DNA from: Catajapyx aquilonaris
Taxonomy: Eukaryota
Assembly: GCA_000934665.2 (NCBI GenBank)
Contig: JYFJ02003473.1
Location: forward strand, 1-41,064
Reading direction: 5' to 3'
DNA: 41,064 nucleotides
Below are positions 12,001 through 25,729 of the stretch, piece by piece. Within the stretch, counting starts at the first letter, position 1, and each line of letters begins with the position of its first letter. The position numbers and the translations under genes are program-made. The notes below the pieces were generated by a model. That model was given only the letters and a program-made list of their open reading frames with translations, ran no database searches and was not told where the DNA came from.

Positions 12001-15000
12001 GCCCCTGTGCTGGATGCTGCTAAAACAAGCAGCGCCCCAGATCGTTGGAAGGAACATCACGTTTCATTGTGGTCTTGGTGTTATCGGGAGGTGAAACTAT
12101 AAATGGTGGGATTAATATTTACTGCGTGGCTTTAACTTTGGGGTGTGGGAATTGCTGAGGGGTTTGCCCTAAAAATAATATTGATGAAAGGGGAAGTGCA
12201 CTGTCGGTCAGGTCGCGACCTTCTCTGAATGTTTAATGACATAATCTGTGGCGGACATACAGTACCCGCGGTACCCGCTTTGTCGATTACATTGTACTTT
12301 ATCGTGCTAAATTGCTTCTCACATAGTCAGTTCATGCGAATAAATGCCAAAAACATTTCATTTAGGCAAGAAGACAGTGTATACTTGTTAGGTCAATATT
12401 CATTGATGATGTATCATGTACCTCCGGCTATGTTTTAGTGTGAGTAAAGTACATAAGTTATCTAGGATTTATCACGTGAAAAGTATGTGCTCATAATCAA
12501 CAGTCATTCGGATTGCCCCTCGTATACAGTGCAGATCCAGGTGGCATTCAGAGCAAAATTGAACTCGGCTGCGAAGGATCACTCTTGGGGCAGTTTAAAA
12601 GCAATGCGAACAAAACAACGCTACATTTATGAGGCATAAAGGGGGAAAAAGTGCAACTTTTATAAGCTGTATCCGCGAATTTATTCGTCCATAAACCTTG
12701 CTGCACGCACCCGTCATGTACGCCAAGGCAAAAGTATGAATCCTTTTTTTTGTGAAGCATGCTTGAATTCAAGTAAGCAGTCAGGACATACTGGATGTGG
12801 CGTTTTAGCGAATAGTCTAAGAAACATTCTGCTGGTTTTTTTCCAGACTAATGCTGGATCTCATTTTTGTTCAGTGCAATCTCGACGATTAATGCTTGAT
12901 AGCCACGCCATGCACCCCCTTCAAATGCATTTGCCACACACAATGGCAATAACAAGGTTCATTAATTGTGACGTGAAAGGGATTGTGGACTACAAATAAC
13001 CCCCCCCCCCTCCAATTTTTTGCAAACCGATCGAATCCATTTCCGCATGCAACTAGTAATTTGTTAAGATTAATACATGCAAAACATCCATGGTAATTCG
13101 ATGTCAAAACACCCCGCTTCATGCAATATTATAATGAAGACACGTCTCTCGGGCGCCAACTATATAGACCACGTGAATACTAAAAAATAATGTGGATTTG
13201 TAGTTGCAAATATTTGAGTATGTCATTATCAAAACCAGGCTATATCTTCGTCCTGCCGAACACTTCGAGAATTCAGTGAGTCTTTTCACGGCCCAGACGG
13301 TCTTGTCCAATGGGAAGTGTTCACGTATTTGAAAATGTTCCATATATTGAAAATATGACTTTAGTGTTGAGATAGCCTGGTTTTGATACTTCCATTTCGT
13401 ACATCCAACATAATTTTGTAAATATTTGCAATTAAGCTGAGATTCTCCGCAGTTGCCTGTAATTCCTCCAAGACTAGACCGCAGACTTGGGTTAGCCCTA
13501 ACCGTTGTCGTTTGAGTCGAGCCCATCTTGGTCCTCATATGAATCCTGGCCTTATTTCGTGTTGGGGGAGTGTTTGGTGGGCTGACAAGCAGGCATCTAA
13601 GGTCCCCGAGAAAGGCAAGCGCTGGAGCGCTTGTCTCGGAAGACTGCTTCCCCACTCGTGGTGGCGCTGGAAATTAATGGAAATTCCACAGACGGGCGCG
13701 TGGTATACCGAGTCTGATTTCATTAGCAAGGAAAGGAGGATGCGGAGGATCCCATGAGAAACTTGCCTCAGCCAACTAAGCCAGTTGGAGGCACGGACAC
13801 ACACAAAAATTGTATGTGTTGGTACCAATAACATAGAACTTTAGGGAGAGATCATGGGGGAGCAAAAGGGCGGTAGCGACTTCATGAATAGGGATCCGTG
13901 GGGGCTTTTATTTCGCGTTTTACCCCCCAACCCCAACCCCTCTAGCTTTATGGATGTCTCGGGCAGCTCGTGGGGATTGCAAAAGGCTTTTGTTGGCGCG
14001 GTCCAGGTTGGCGCTCTCAGAATGGTAACTTTGGAATTCATTTTGGGTGGGTGGGTGGATGCTGTGGGGGATCTCTTTCCCTTAAAGGCCATTGTGCAGG
14101 GGCTGAACGAGTTGGGGTTATGGCGTCCAATTCAATTAAATGGGAAGTCGGTTATTTTTGGGCGGGAAAAAACGAGGGAATTTCCCTGCTGGAAAATTTA
14201 GCAAGTAGCCTACTGAGTAGGCGGGCCATTTCCTTAGTAGTGAAAAATAATGTTCTCTCTGACTCACAGTGAGTAGATCAAATATTAAAGTAAGGTACCA
14301 TATGCCTGGATTTGAGCAAAATATTTAATAGCATTGAACGAGCCACTCGCGAATTCCGTTTTGTCTAATAAGTTAAGTGATAATTATTCACCCTACACCT
14401 ACAGCATAGCAAGCAGTACTACTTTAGATGATGAATGGTGTCACTCAAACTAATTTAGGAGGCCCATTTTGGAACAGCATTTCTAAGCAGCTTTTAAAAT
14501 GTTCTCCGTCTTGCACCAACCCTACTCATTTTTTCATAAATGCAATCAAAATGAACGAGAGCGGAATTCTTACACCAAATATTTCCTCGCACATAAAAGG
14601 CCTTTTGTCGCCTCCACCTTCTACTCAACCATTGTATGAATATTACACAAGTTCATTGAAGTGTGCACATACAGCTCGACATGAAAGATGAAGTGCGCTC
14701 CAAGTTTCTGATTGGTATCAACACCTTCTTCTGCCTGCTTGGCCCGCTTTATGTCATGTCCAAGCTTGAGGCAAAAGGTCGTCAGATACGTGCCTGGACA
14801 GCCAGTCCCAACGGAGCAATGCTTTTGCTGACGGCGGACATCCGGGACCGAGGGCCCCGAGTCCTCAAATGCAAACGAGCGTGTCGAAAGAGGCGCTTAG
14901 CTGGAACCTCCGGACGCAATATCCTAAATGGGGACCCCCCCCCCTCTTCTCTTTCCGGGTGCTACACACAGGGGGGCGTTTGTTTCCCTAAACCCGGTTG

Positions 15001-18000
15001 GGCTTAGTCGACCAGATTCGGCGGTTTCTACTGCCGAAAATGGAAGAGGTTTTGGAGCTCCGGATCAACTCTAACAATTGTTTCATTTTCGACCAGTGGG
15101 TGCGGTTTCTGGTGGCCAAACGGATCTGAATTCGGCAATTTGGGGATAGCCGGCCAGACACACATTTTAAGGATGGTTCTGACCTATGATTTCTTCCAAA
15201 AAGGAGCATCCGGGAGGTTTATTTGCTTTGGACGTAAGGGTCTCCTTTTTTCTACAGTTATCTTGTTAGATTGGCGAACGTGAGATCGATCCGAGCAGCA
15301 GGTGAATCTGCAGGTCCTGCTCCCGGATTTTACCTCTTTATATACGGTTGGCCAGCACTCTGGATCATTTTCTTCCATTTTACAACCTGGTTTTAGAGCG
15401 GATCCAAGAGCGACTAATTGAGGCTATAGTTATGAGGCTCTTCCAATCGGGCGTTTATTGTTCGTGACGAAATCAGGTTTCCTTCACAATTTCCTAACCG
15501 TGCCATGGCATCTGCCTTGTTAGGGGGAAACTTTTAATCGCCGTCAGGTACTTGGCTTGGAGTAATTAAAGCTTGGAAAGGGGTAAAGTTTGCCAACACA
15601 GAAAATCATGAGCGTCTGGACTAGTTTCGGTATTAAGCGAAATGAGGCTCCCCAAATTATTTTCGAGTGGGTTTTTATTCATTTCCTGTACTGAAGTATC
15701 ACGCAGAGTCTTTGAGCCTAATTTCAGCTGACCCACTCAACTATTAAATTTTTCAGACAATAATGCTTGAATCGACGCAAACTCTCAGCATATTGAGTGA
15801 ATATTGTCTGATATTTCGTAATTTTTAACTTCAATTTTTCAATACTAACTAGTGGTTTAAGCGGTTCTATATAAATCGCGATAAATTTGAAAGCTTGTTA
15901 CTCAATAGCAAGCTTGATTAATCGATTTCATGAGGGCGATTAGTTGAGGCCGGGGGGGTTTGAAACGGGTATTAAATAATCTGGTGGCCCCACTTTTTTC
16001 CCGGTTAGTGCGACCCAACATCGGCAACATGCTCAGCGGGACCAACCCGGTTTTAGGTGTCGGTCAGCAGGCACCACCCGAGAGTTGAACATGAAACCGT
16101 TGACTGGCTCCTAGACACCTAGCAGAATCCTTGTGAAATAGGAGCAGGTCGGATTCTACGAGACTTTTTTAAAAATCTGAACACGAGCAAAAATTAAAAA
16201 TCCCTCAGCGCGACTTCAAAGTTTTCCGCTATTTTTAAAACTCGTTTTAGCAGTTAGCGGAGCGCACATATGTGGACAAACTTGGCCTCCGTGATTCGCA
16301 TGCCGGTTTCCCCAATTTTAAGCTGACTACGTATATTCGGTAATTACAAAATTCGTTAATGACTCGTGATACAAATTGGCGTTTGATTTTTTTAGACCAC
16401 CGTGTGGTGTTACGTGGCCGGTAACGTCGTTCTGGATCAAAGAGCATGTGAGAAAATTCGACAGTCGTAATTGCATAAGCGGGATTTGCGGCATGTAACT
16501 ACATCAAACCACGTTTTCCAAAATGTTGCGATTTACTACGTGTATGAGTACATGTAGGCAAAATTGTGACGTTAGAAAAAAATTATGTTAGGCATTTATG
16601 AATTCCAACAGTGTAGTGATTGTCTAGTTTTGACCAAAATTACTGTAGGAGTGTCACCCGATATGACACCGCTTTCTGTCCAATGTCATCGCCCGGAATC
16701 ACTTGTTGCTGGCGTTCTCCATTCCAGCTCATTCCCATTTGGCCATTGTGCCTCTCGACCCAAAATCCTGGTCAGGTTGAATTACAACCGTTGTGAAAAG
16801 TGGAAATGACGACGCAACGCCCCCTCGGATTTTACTCGTTCAAGTAACTCAACGCGGCTTGGATCCGATAAAGACGTTTATTAGGGGCCCTGCTGTCGGA
16901 GCCGGTGGAATCAGTTGATAATAAAGCCTGTTTATCGAACGGCCCTGGCGACGGAGATTTCCGGCAGCATCCGCAGTAAAGACACACTTCTACCGGGCGG
17001 AGAAACTCGATATTTACAGCGACACTCGGAAGAGCTTGTTTCTAAAGGAGAAGCGACCAACTTGTACTCGAGGAATGGAATTACGCCATTAGCAACGGGC
17101 CTATGAGCACATATCATTTTGAGTGTCAAGTCGCAGTTTGCCTTCTGACAGGCTGTGGGCGGGCCTTTGTGTACAATTCGTTAACCTTCCCTCCTTTGCA
17201 CTGTGCCAAAGTAGGTTGCGACGATTCCTCTTCTTCTTATCTAGGAGGAGCCAACTGTTGACTTTTGCCAGCAGAGAGAGAGTCTACTGGGACGGAAACC
17301 CAAGTGTCCAATTAGCTACTTTGCATGATTGACATTAGTGTTGTTGGAGACAAGAAAACCCGGGGAGCTGTTTTGAATTTGAAATAACTTGTGAGGAGAT
17401 ATCCGGAGGAGAGGTCTCGAATGTCATCCGGAATACATATCGAACAACGGGGCCAAGATTTTGTTCCTTCTTTTCCTGCAGGCGAGTCACGCAATGTCGT
17501 ATTTTACATTCCATCAGTTTCCTCACCATGTCACCTGTGGTCTGGAGGAAATTGAATCGCAACCTCAATACTCTTGTCTGGAGAAAGAAAAATGGAACTG
17601 AAGAAAGGGAGAGGAAAAAGGAAGTGGGATCTGGGAAATCCGGGCGGAGGGTTTTCCGGATCTTCTAACGACTCCATGCCGGATTCAAAATAAAAAAGTA
17701 AACCAAAATTGCGTGTCCACAAATAATTGTCGAAATAAGAAACACATTAGCGCAATTTCGGATGAGAAGATGCGGCCTCTCTCTGGCCGATTAAAATTGC
17801 AACTGCAGTCGGCGTTAATTAGCTGCTGGATTTTGCAGGGAATACTAATGGCAGGCATGAATTTGTGCGGCTGCATCAGCCCATTCAAATTCCGGGACAA
17901 ATTTGTGGTCGTGAATATTTCCCACCGCGACGACAACACTCCATGCATTTTGCGTGCCCTGGTGATGTGTGACATGTTTATTTTTGCAAAGATCAGTGCT

Positions 18001-21000
18001 GGTATTTTATAAGCAGTGTCCTCGTCCGTCCTTTGCGGTCTCTCCATGGCGAATTTTTGCGCCCAAGCCTTTTTCCGGCAATAAGCAATTTGCGACACAA
18101 TTTTGAAAAGCATTACCAGGTGGCTGGAGGCGCTACCAATCCTATTTGTACCATGAAATCGAAAACGTAAACTCCCGTAAAAACGGTGCATCACTGCTAA
18201 CCACGGGGAAAAAAAAGTTGAAGAGTGTCTGTAACCACAAATGGGTTTTACTGTCGCGAATTTCCTCTCCTGAAGTCAATATCCGGGCATCGACCTGAAG
18301 TGACCTCATTTGAATCAAGAACAAGTACAGCAACACACAGTGTTTTTCTTTAATCAAGAATTCCGTCAGATTCTCCACATTATGAAGCCTCAAAGTAATC
18401 CGCTTAATATCTCTGCCTTCACTGTACATTTTCTTACATTTCATTTGGCTCAGCGTCCTTGTTATTCCCAGCGGAAGGAACAGACGCTGATTCGTCATCG
18501 TGATTCAATTTTTGCGACGACATTGGGCCAGCTTGGATTTCCTCGTCATTCCTCGACGATGAGAGAATGGTGTGGGAAGGCCTGCGGATGGCGCCATCTG
18601 GGCCAGTAATCAGATTCTGTCACTACACGTCTTTCAGGGTTGTTCGTCGAGGCTATAACGACCCGGGGAACACCTTGATTTGAAGGCGTTGGCACACCCC
18701 GGAAGAGGCCCATCCCTTTCCGGATAAAAAAAAGGACGAAGAAAGAGAAAAGAAACTCTGGGAGGGTAGCTCCTCTTGCGAATTGAGTTTGCGGTTATTA
18801 AGCGTCTTATCCCCGAGGCTAAATTAAGGGCTGTAATAAGCCGAGCTGGGAATTGAAAATGACCAGCAAGCTTTGCTTTCCAGAGTAACTCGCCGCCAAA
18901 TTAATTCCCAGGCGCACCTTTGTAATGATTATTGGGCTCGCGGTGCACCCGAGTTTAGCGATGTTGTGAACTCATTCGTTACATCAAAACCCGGAGGTTG
19001 CATTTATGTTATTTTAGGTGTAATTTTTGCCAATTACACAAAAGCATGTCTTCCACCTTCGCGGTCGTTCGCGGTAATCCTGACACCTATACAACACTTC
19101 ATGCACGTGATATGACAAATGGAACCGTAGTATCGTCCATGAGCAGATGAGATGGAATCAAAATGGCGGGTGGAAAAAACCGTTTTGATAGCGTATACAG
19201 TTTCTTGGTGCGACACATTCTGCAGTAATTAAGCCTTGATAGGACAGATGTCAGGTTGCTTTCTCTTTGACCAAGGACTGTTCCTTTCAAGTGATGGGCT
19301 GCCTAGAGTGGTTCAGGTCGTGCCGAGGCAATGAATCCGATTCACACTAGCTCCAGGGTTCCCTTTCATCAGAATTTCCGAGCTGAGCTTCAGGGGCGCG
19401 ATGCTGAGCCCAGAATTTGGGTGACCTGTTCTCTTCTCTCCCTCTCTCACTCCTGTCGAAGGCAATCTCGATAAAAGCCTTGCCAGCACGACACTGTCTT
19501 TTGTTCCTTCGACGTCGCCTTTTCTTCGATGCAGCTACCTTACAAGGAATGGGACGTCCTAGGGAATAAGAGCTCATCTCTGTACTGCAGGGAGGGTGAG
19601 GGAGGGGGGGGGGTTTAAAGGCGGATTGATTGAATAATTCAGCTTCAAAGTCGCGCCCTATGAGCCTCAGGCAAACACAGGATTTCGATCCGGTCCTTTT
19701 TGTGCAAAAAGCCGTTTTCTCCCTGTGACTTGACTATTTCGTAGGTCACATTCAGAGCCAATCGTTTTTCTGCGGGAGCCTACATGTAGCTTTCCTTTTT
19801 CGCCAATTTTGATGGCACCTCCCAGTAGCCTGGCAGGGCGCGTGCCATTTTAGACTACGTGCCGTGGAAATCATTTGGAGCACAGGAGGGGAAAAACACA
19901 CCTAACGAATCCGCCTTTTATTCGTGCGACTCCAACCCCCTTGGAAATAATTGATAGAATTTAATAGGATTCGCCACCCTTGAATCTATTTTCTGAATTC
20001 ACTCTTTTGTCTGCAGGAAATGGACTGATTTATGTTTAATTGGCTCGAAATGAAAGTGCGGGAGGGGCACCCTGCAAGGCTACTTTTCCTAAATTTATGA
20101 ACATGCAATATTAATTCCTGTGGTAGTCTGAGTGTATGGTATTAGGTGTGTTTGCAGAGCCATAACTCACTCGGCGCAGTTTGTTGTTTATCTAAACCCG
20201 GACAGAGAATATTACAGTTTTGCAGCGCGTACCAAGCAGTCTATTTGCACACCTATTATTATTCACATCATGAGGTCACCCACAACAAACAATTGCAGCA
20301 TCTCTTTTGTTCTCACAGAAAAAGGGGGTGTTGACCTGACCCCGTGGCTTGAATCCCAGCTGTGCGTGTGCGCCCAGCAATAATTGATTCACGTTTTAAT
20401 CAACCGCTTGTCGCCGCCTTTGTTGGAATGCACAATCACTTTGACTGGTCTACCGCAGTGACAAAATAACCGGTCGCCTTTTCATCGCCAAGGGTTTGAC
20501 CGGGAAGCAATTTAGAGAGTGACCTCCCCCAATAGCTGAATAGATAAAAAATAGCTGAAACTCGGTCACTTTTGAGGCACTTTGAAGAGGACCTCGAGCT
20601 ATCTGGAATGGAATGGTATGGTATGAAAGGTCCGCTGTCATATCGACGGGGCCCAGGGTTTTCAATTGGGAACGGGCGTCGCGGAAGGAAACTTTCCCAT
20701 AGGACGGGCACAATCACGCTGGGCTCCCTGCCTCTTTGGAATTCGGGTCTCAAACCCATGGCATAAAACGACGGTGGGTGGGGGAGGGTGGGCGACAAAA
20801 TTAGCTGTGGGCACCCTGGTTTCAGATTGCCCCTGGAAAAGCCATTGACAACTCGCCAGGTGTGTCGATAAGTACGAAATACTGTACACAGACTGATAAG
20901 ACCGCATATCGATTTTTATTGCGGTCCTCCAAGTGTAACGGCCAATAACCACGCCCCTGTGTTCGTGTCCGATTCGTCTTGACGAGCCATCAGATTCGGT

Positions 21001-21055
21001 TTTTATGGCGTTGGGAATGATAGTGAGGTGTAATTGTCTCGGTTACTTTTTTCAG

Positions 21056-21195
21056 AATCATCGCAAGGGCCTCACGAACGCCGTCTTCTGGAGACTCTGC
21101 TGAAAGGATACAACTTGCTGGAGCGACCGGTGGCCAACGAGACAGAACCGTTGCAGATCAGTTTCGGGCTCACCCTTATGCAGATCATCGATGTG
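21056..21195 (+). CDS. nAChRalpha6: nAChR alpha (alpha6/alpha7-like) exon 2, mature N-terminus
   Basis: ttttttcag| (x)AA then SSQGPHERRLLETLLKGYNLLERPVANETEPLQISFGLTLMQIIDV |gtgggt; 140 nt; typical alpha7-family GPHE..L..Y..LERPV. Confidence 0.95.
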
Positions 21196-21923
21196 GTGGG
21201 TATCCCATGACCAGTGGGTACAAAACGGAAGGTTCATCATTGAAGGTCGTCGCACTAGAACAAACCCGAAGCAAAGCATTAGTTTCATCACATTCGTCCA
21301 AAGTTTGCAAACCTTGAGCATGCTGGGTGCAAACCAATTCTCTTGTGTCAATTAGTCCAGCCTGGTGCGTGCTCCCGGATAGTTGTTCCCCGGCGCTGTA
21401 ATCGAGAGCACGGGTAGATGGTCTCTATTCACGGGGTTCAATTTTACCAAAGCGATCGGCAGTCCCCAGGTGAATCCGAAGCTCACCATGCTCGGGGAGT
21501 TTGGCCAAAGGGAGGGGAAACACCCGAACTGGAAAACCAATATTGTTCCTCGGGTCGCGGAAAGGAGAGAAGCATTCTCCAAACCTTCTCCGAGGGAACT
21601 TCCTGTATACACAGTATACCCTAGGAAACTTTTTTTGGCGTGATAAATCAGGTTACACAATGCTGTTATTGTGCATAACATGTTATACATTTATACGTGC
21701 TCTCAGACAGCGTACGGATAATTTCTGTGAATTATTAGATACACGGGAAAGCAAAGCTGAGGTAGACTCATTAGCATATTAGCTGAAGACTACTCTAATG
21801 AATCCTCCGGACGAGGTCTTAATTGCCTCTCACGGTAGATTGCTGAATTGGATTTTCACTACCGTGCTGCAAAGGGATGTATCGATTCAACGAGACCTAA
21901 CTTGTCCCTTTTCTTCCTTCCAG

Positions 21924-21968
21924 GATGAGAAGAATCAAATCCTAACTACAAATATTTGGTTAAACATG
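21924..21968 (+). CDS. nAChRalpha6: nAChR exon 3 (loop D), single copy, 3a-like
   Basis: ttccttccag| DEKNQILTTNIWLNM |gtaagt; 45 nt. Confidence 0.95.
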
Positions 21969-23542
21969 GTAAGTGACTGGGCAAGCACCTTCCAAACTGG
22001 AGATTTCATTATTTTCAACAAAAAAACGACACAGAACTAAAAAGAGAGAGAATCATTGCTATGAAAAACGATCCATTCCCTTAGGAGAGGAACAAGTCTG
22101 ATCTCATCTCGAGAGCTCGTCCTTCCTGAATTTCTGTTGTCGTTTTCGAGAAGATTTTGGGGCCGTGAGGGTAGGATATGGGAGGCGGGATGGGAAGCAC
22201 ACAATAATATGAAAAAAAAGAGCTGAGTATTTTTCTTTGAAGGGCTAAGCTATTGATCTACCCGCGAACATTGCCGAGTGGCCATTTTTCTTGTTCGGAA
22301 GCGAACCCTCAGGGCGCGTGCCAACAAAGCGAGCAAAAAGAGAGAGAAGCCTATACGAATGTGAAAATCAAACTTTTTTTTTCAGAACCGTTTCGAAACC
22401 AACAGAATCGCAATCAGTTCATCACGTCTAAACCTTGCCCCCTTACAGAAACCGAACCAACGAGTTGGAGCTAAGGTCGTTACCTCCAGAAACTAAGTTA
22501 ATTAATGTCTGCAGGTATACGGATTCGTTTTGTTCCCATTGAAATGATCGTGTTTTTGGCTCACAAGTTATTTTTGGAGTAGCTAATATTTGGCCGAATT
22601 TTCCACTAATAGGCACAGAGCCCAGATATGCCTGATTTTTTGTCAAATTAATTTTTTTTGCAGCAAATGGCTAAAAATCTATCTGATTTACAAGTGTCCA
22701 TAGGACTCCGGGTAAAAAATAAAATAACATATGATGACAAATTGAAGCCAATTGCGGCTGATGTATCCTGAAAGCTATGCAACCAACCTTCAACGTCAGC
22801 TATCTCTGCAGTAAACTTTTAGTGCTTATTTATCCCTCAAATCGTTCCAGCAACACTTATGAAAAGTTTTCAGGCTACGAAACTTGTGAGGTTTTGTAAA
22901 GTTTCTGGCTGCAAAGCGGATTTTGGAGGCTGGGTGTGTGCGGATCTTTACCATCAGAGCCCAGAAGATTTGTTTGAAGCGAGAGATCCAGCAGCAATCC
23001 ACATCAAAAGGCGTGGCAGCTGGTCCCCAGACTTGGTTGGGCCCCGTGGTTTCAGATTCAAGCGGCCGAAAAAACTCTAGGTTCGCTTTCATCCTCCACC
23101 GAACCGAGGCGGTGCCTTCAGTTTTCTTGGGAGGTTCCCCTTTTTTTTGTAAAAGTCTCCAAAAAAGGGTGGAGGATCATCATAGGGACCTGCCCCTTGG
23201 CGTCAGGTTCGATTAAGAGCAGGAATAAATGGCTTAATTAAGACGCCGATAGGGCTTTCACAGGGAAAGATTAATCGCGTCCAGAGATTTGAAAATGTCA
23301 AAAAAAGGGCTCTCGCTTTTGAGACGCAGAAAATTTTCCCTCCGCCCACACACAAAAAGGTTAAGTCTGTTGGACAGTTGAACATCCGTTAATCATGCTT
23401 TTTCGGATAAGATTCCTGGGGAGTTCTTAAGGCGGTCTTTAAAATGGTGCAGGTTGCTAGGACAGGGGGATTAAAATGTAATGAGGAACATCGGAGTGTA
23501 GCAAGCTTCCAGGAAAATTGATGCAGCTGTGTTAATTTCCAG

Positions 23543-23652
23543 GAATGGAATGACTACAACTTGAGGTGGAACAGCTCAGAGTACGGCAACGTAAAGGACC
23601 TACGTATTCCCCCTAACAAAATATGGAGGCCAGACGTGCTCATGTACAACAG
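23543..23652 (+). CDS. nAChRalpha6: nAChR exon 4 (loop A)
   Basis: aatttccag| EWNDYNLRWNSSEYGNVKDLRIPPNKIWRPDVLMYN(S) |gtaaca; 110 nt. Confidence 0.95.
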
Positions 23653-25361
23653 GTAACACCAATCTGGCCATAGGGATTCCAATTCAGCACAAAGTTCAGG
23701 GGATATTTACCAAGCTCCTCCTTTTTACAAATCCATTCTTTCAATATATATTTTTTATAATATATATAAAAAGTGCAATGACCCACAAGATTCGGATACG
23801 CGGTGTAGCAGGAAAGAAATGATTCTCCCCAAGTTTGGAAAAGCTTGTCCTTTCAGAAATGTACGTAGCTCTGGCCCATTTCTACGTATCTCCCGCGCGG
23901 TTCGGAGCAGAGTCAGCGAAGGAGAGAAAAAGAGTGAGAAAAGCGAGTGAAAGAGTGAGAGTAAAAGAGAGAGGACACAAAAGGATTCCATCTATAAGGC
24001 TTTGTATGCGGGCCATGTCCTTTTTGCCCACAAACCCTCTTTAGAAAAAAAAATATTCCCAAGTAAGATAGATTTGTTGTCTTTTCCTTTTGCCTACTTG
24101 GAGCGACCCCGAGGACATGGGTCAGACGGAAGGAATTTTCTGCCAGCTGCATCTTGCTCACTTTTGCAAAGATGCAGAACACCAGTTTTTTTTGTAAAAT
24201 ATTCCATCCCAGATCCTTTTCTGATCGTGAGATCATTCACTTGGCATGCATTTCTCTCTCAATTATTACGTAGACATATATACAGTATGAGTCAAGCAGT
24301 TTGTCCAACCGTCAGCTAAATTGGTCCAAAACAACATTGATAACGACAGAAGTGATTGACAAAAACTAGCCAACAGTTTGATTATTATTTGATCCTTCTC
24401 TATGTAGGTACTCGTAGTGCAAGGTGTTTTTAGAGTTGCTTAGGGTCAATCAAGCTGGAGGCTGGACAGTTCTGACCCACCCTGTATATACACTTGTGTG
24501 TCACTCCTCTGGTAGGAATGACAGTCGGACATTTATTTACTTCTCTCTCAAAGCCTGTGACTCGCTCTCTATTTTTGTCCATTTCACTGACATTCGGGAC
24601 TTGTTGCAAGTTGCATGCTCTCTGGTTGTTTCAACATATATTATCATAAGTACAGTATATAATTGCTCCCCCCCCCACGCCCCCCTGACAAACCCCCTCC
24701 GCCCTCCAACTGAAAGAGAGATATGACCCTGCATTTGGGCCTGCTTTTAAGACGGAACTACAACTGTCAGCTGCCGTTGTTGTGGGCCACTTGCACTATT
24801 TAGAGCCGACCCTTTCACGGCAGGAGGAGCCGCGCGCACTGGGAGCGGGAAAATATGTTTCAAAATATTTTACAATATTTTTTGGTTTTACATTTTGAGT
24901 TTGAATTTTATACAGATTTTCGACGAGCTTTTTGAGCTTTTTTTTGGTTCCCAGCTCCCCGAGCATGCCGTTTTCTTCCCGCACTGGAAGGGCTGGAGTC
25001 CCCCTCGGAATCCATCATCTATACATAGTATTTTTGAGGACTTTCTTTACTTTCTTTTTGTCAGTGTTTGTGGAGGAGCGGGATGAGAATTTGGAGTTGA
25101 ATTCGGGTGCATAACTGCTGCTGCTGTTTGCATTTTCCTAAGGCCCAGTTTGCTTTCTTTGCATTAACATATGAGCTGCTAGTAACGTAAGTGTAAGATT
25201 GCGTCACAATGTGAACAGCAGTGGTCAGCTTGATCGGTCGGAAACCGCCAGATTGCCCTTGTCCAAAAGGGTGACCTGTCCGGTTTAATTTGCAATTTTT
25301 GGCAACAAAAAAACCGTTTGTTTAATTCGAACTCGTCATTCTCCAATCCCCGCCAATGAAG

Positions 25362-25542
25362 TGCCGATGAGGGTTTCGACGGGACCTATCACACAAACAT
25401 TGTGGTCAGAAATAACGGTAGCTGCGTGTACATTCCGCCTGGCATCTTCAAGAGCACATGCAAGATAGACATTACGTGGTTCCCCTTCGATGACCAGCGC
25501 TGTGCCATGAAGTTTGGCAGCTGGACCTACGACGGCTTCCAG
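25362..25542 (+). CDS. nAChRalpha6: nAChR exon 5 (loop E, Cys-loop, loop B)
   Basis: aatgaag| (S)[60 protein letters not shown] |gtacat; 181 nt; Cys-x13-Cys loop. Confidence 0.95.
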
Positions 25543-25706
25543 GTACATACACGTACTAACCCCCAGAGCGCCGCTGCCAGCATTCAATCCCACCCTCAAC
25601 CATCTCTCTCTTCACATAATATTAAGTCCATCTCTAGGTAATAGGCCTTCCCTGTTCTCTCCGTTCCCGTTCTGTGCTGTCCCTTGTCGAGTCGTCGTCA
25701 GTCATG

Positions 25707-25729
25707 GTCGTTGTGTTTCCGGCCACAAT
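25707..25729 (+). promoter_or_regulatory. Candidate editing-complementary sequence (ECS) for exon 5
   Basis: GTCGTTGTGTTTCCGGCCACAAT can pair with exon nt 25399-25419 (ATTGTGGTCAGAAATAACGGT): about 20 bp including G-U pairs, one A-C mismatch and a 2-nt bulge. Confidence 0.55.

Noticed and set aside
17770..17854. MRPLSGRLKLQLQSALISCWILQGILMA as nAChR exon 1
   Set aside because: It would need a poor GC donor (G|GCATGA) and the hydrophobic core is weak.
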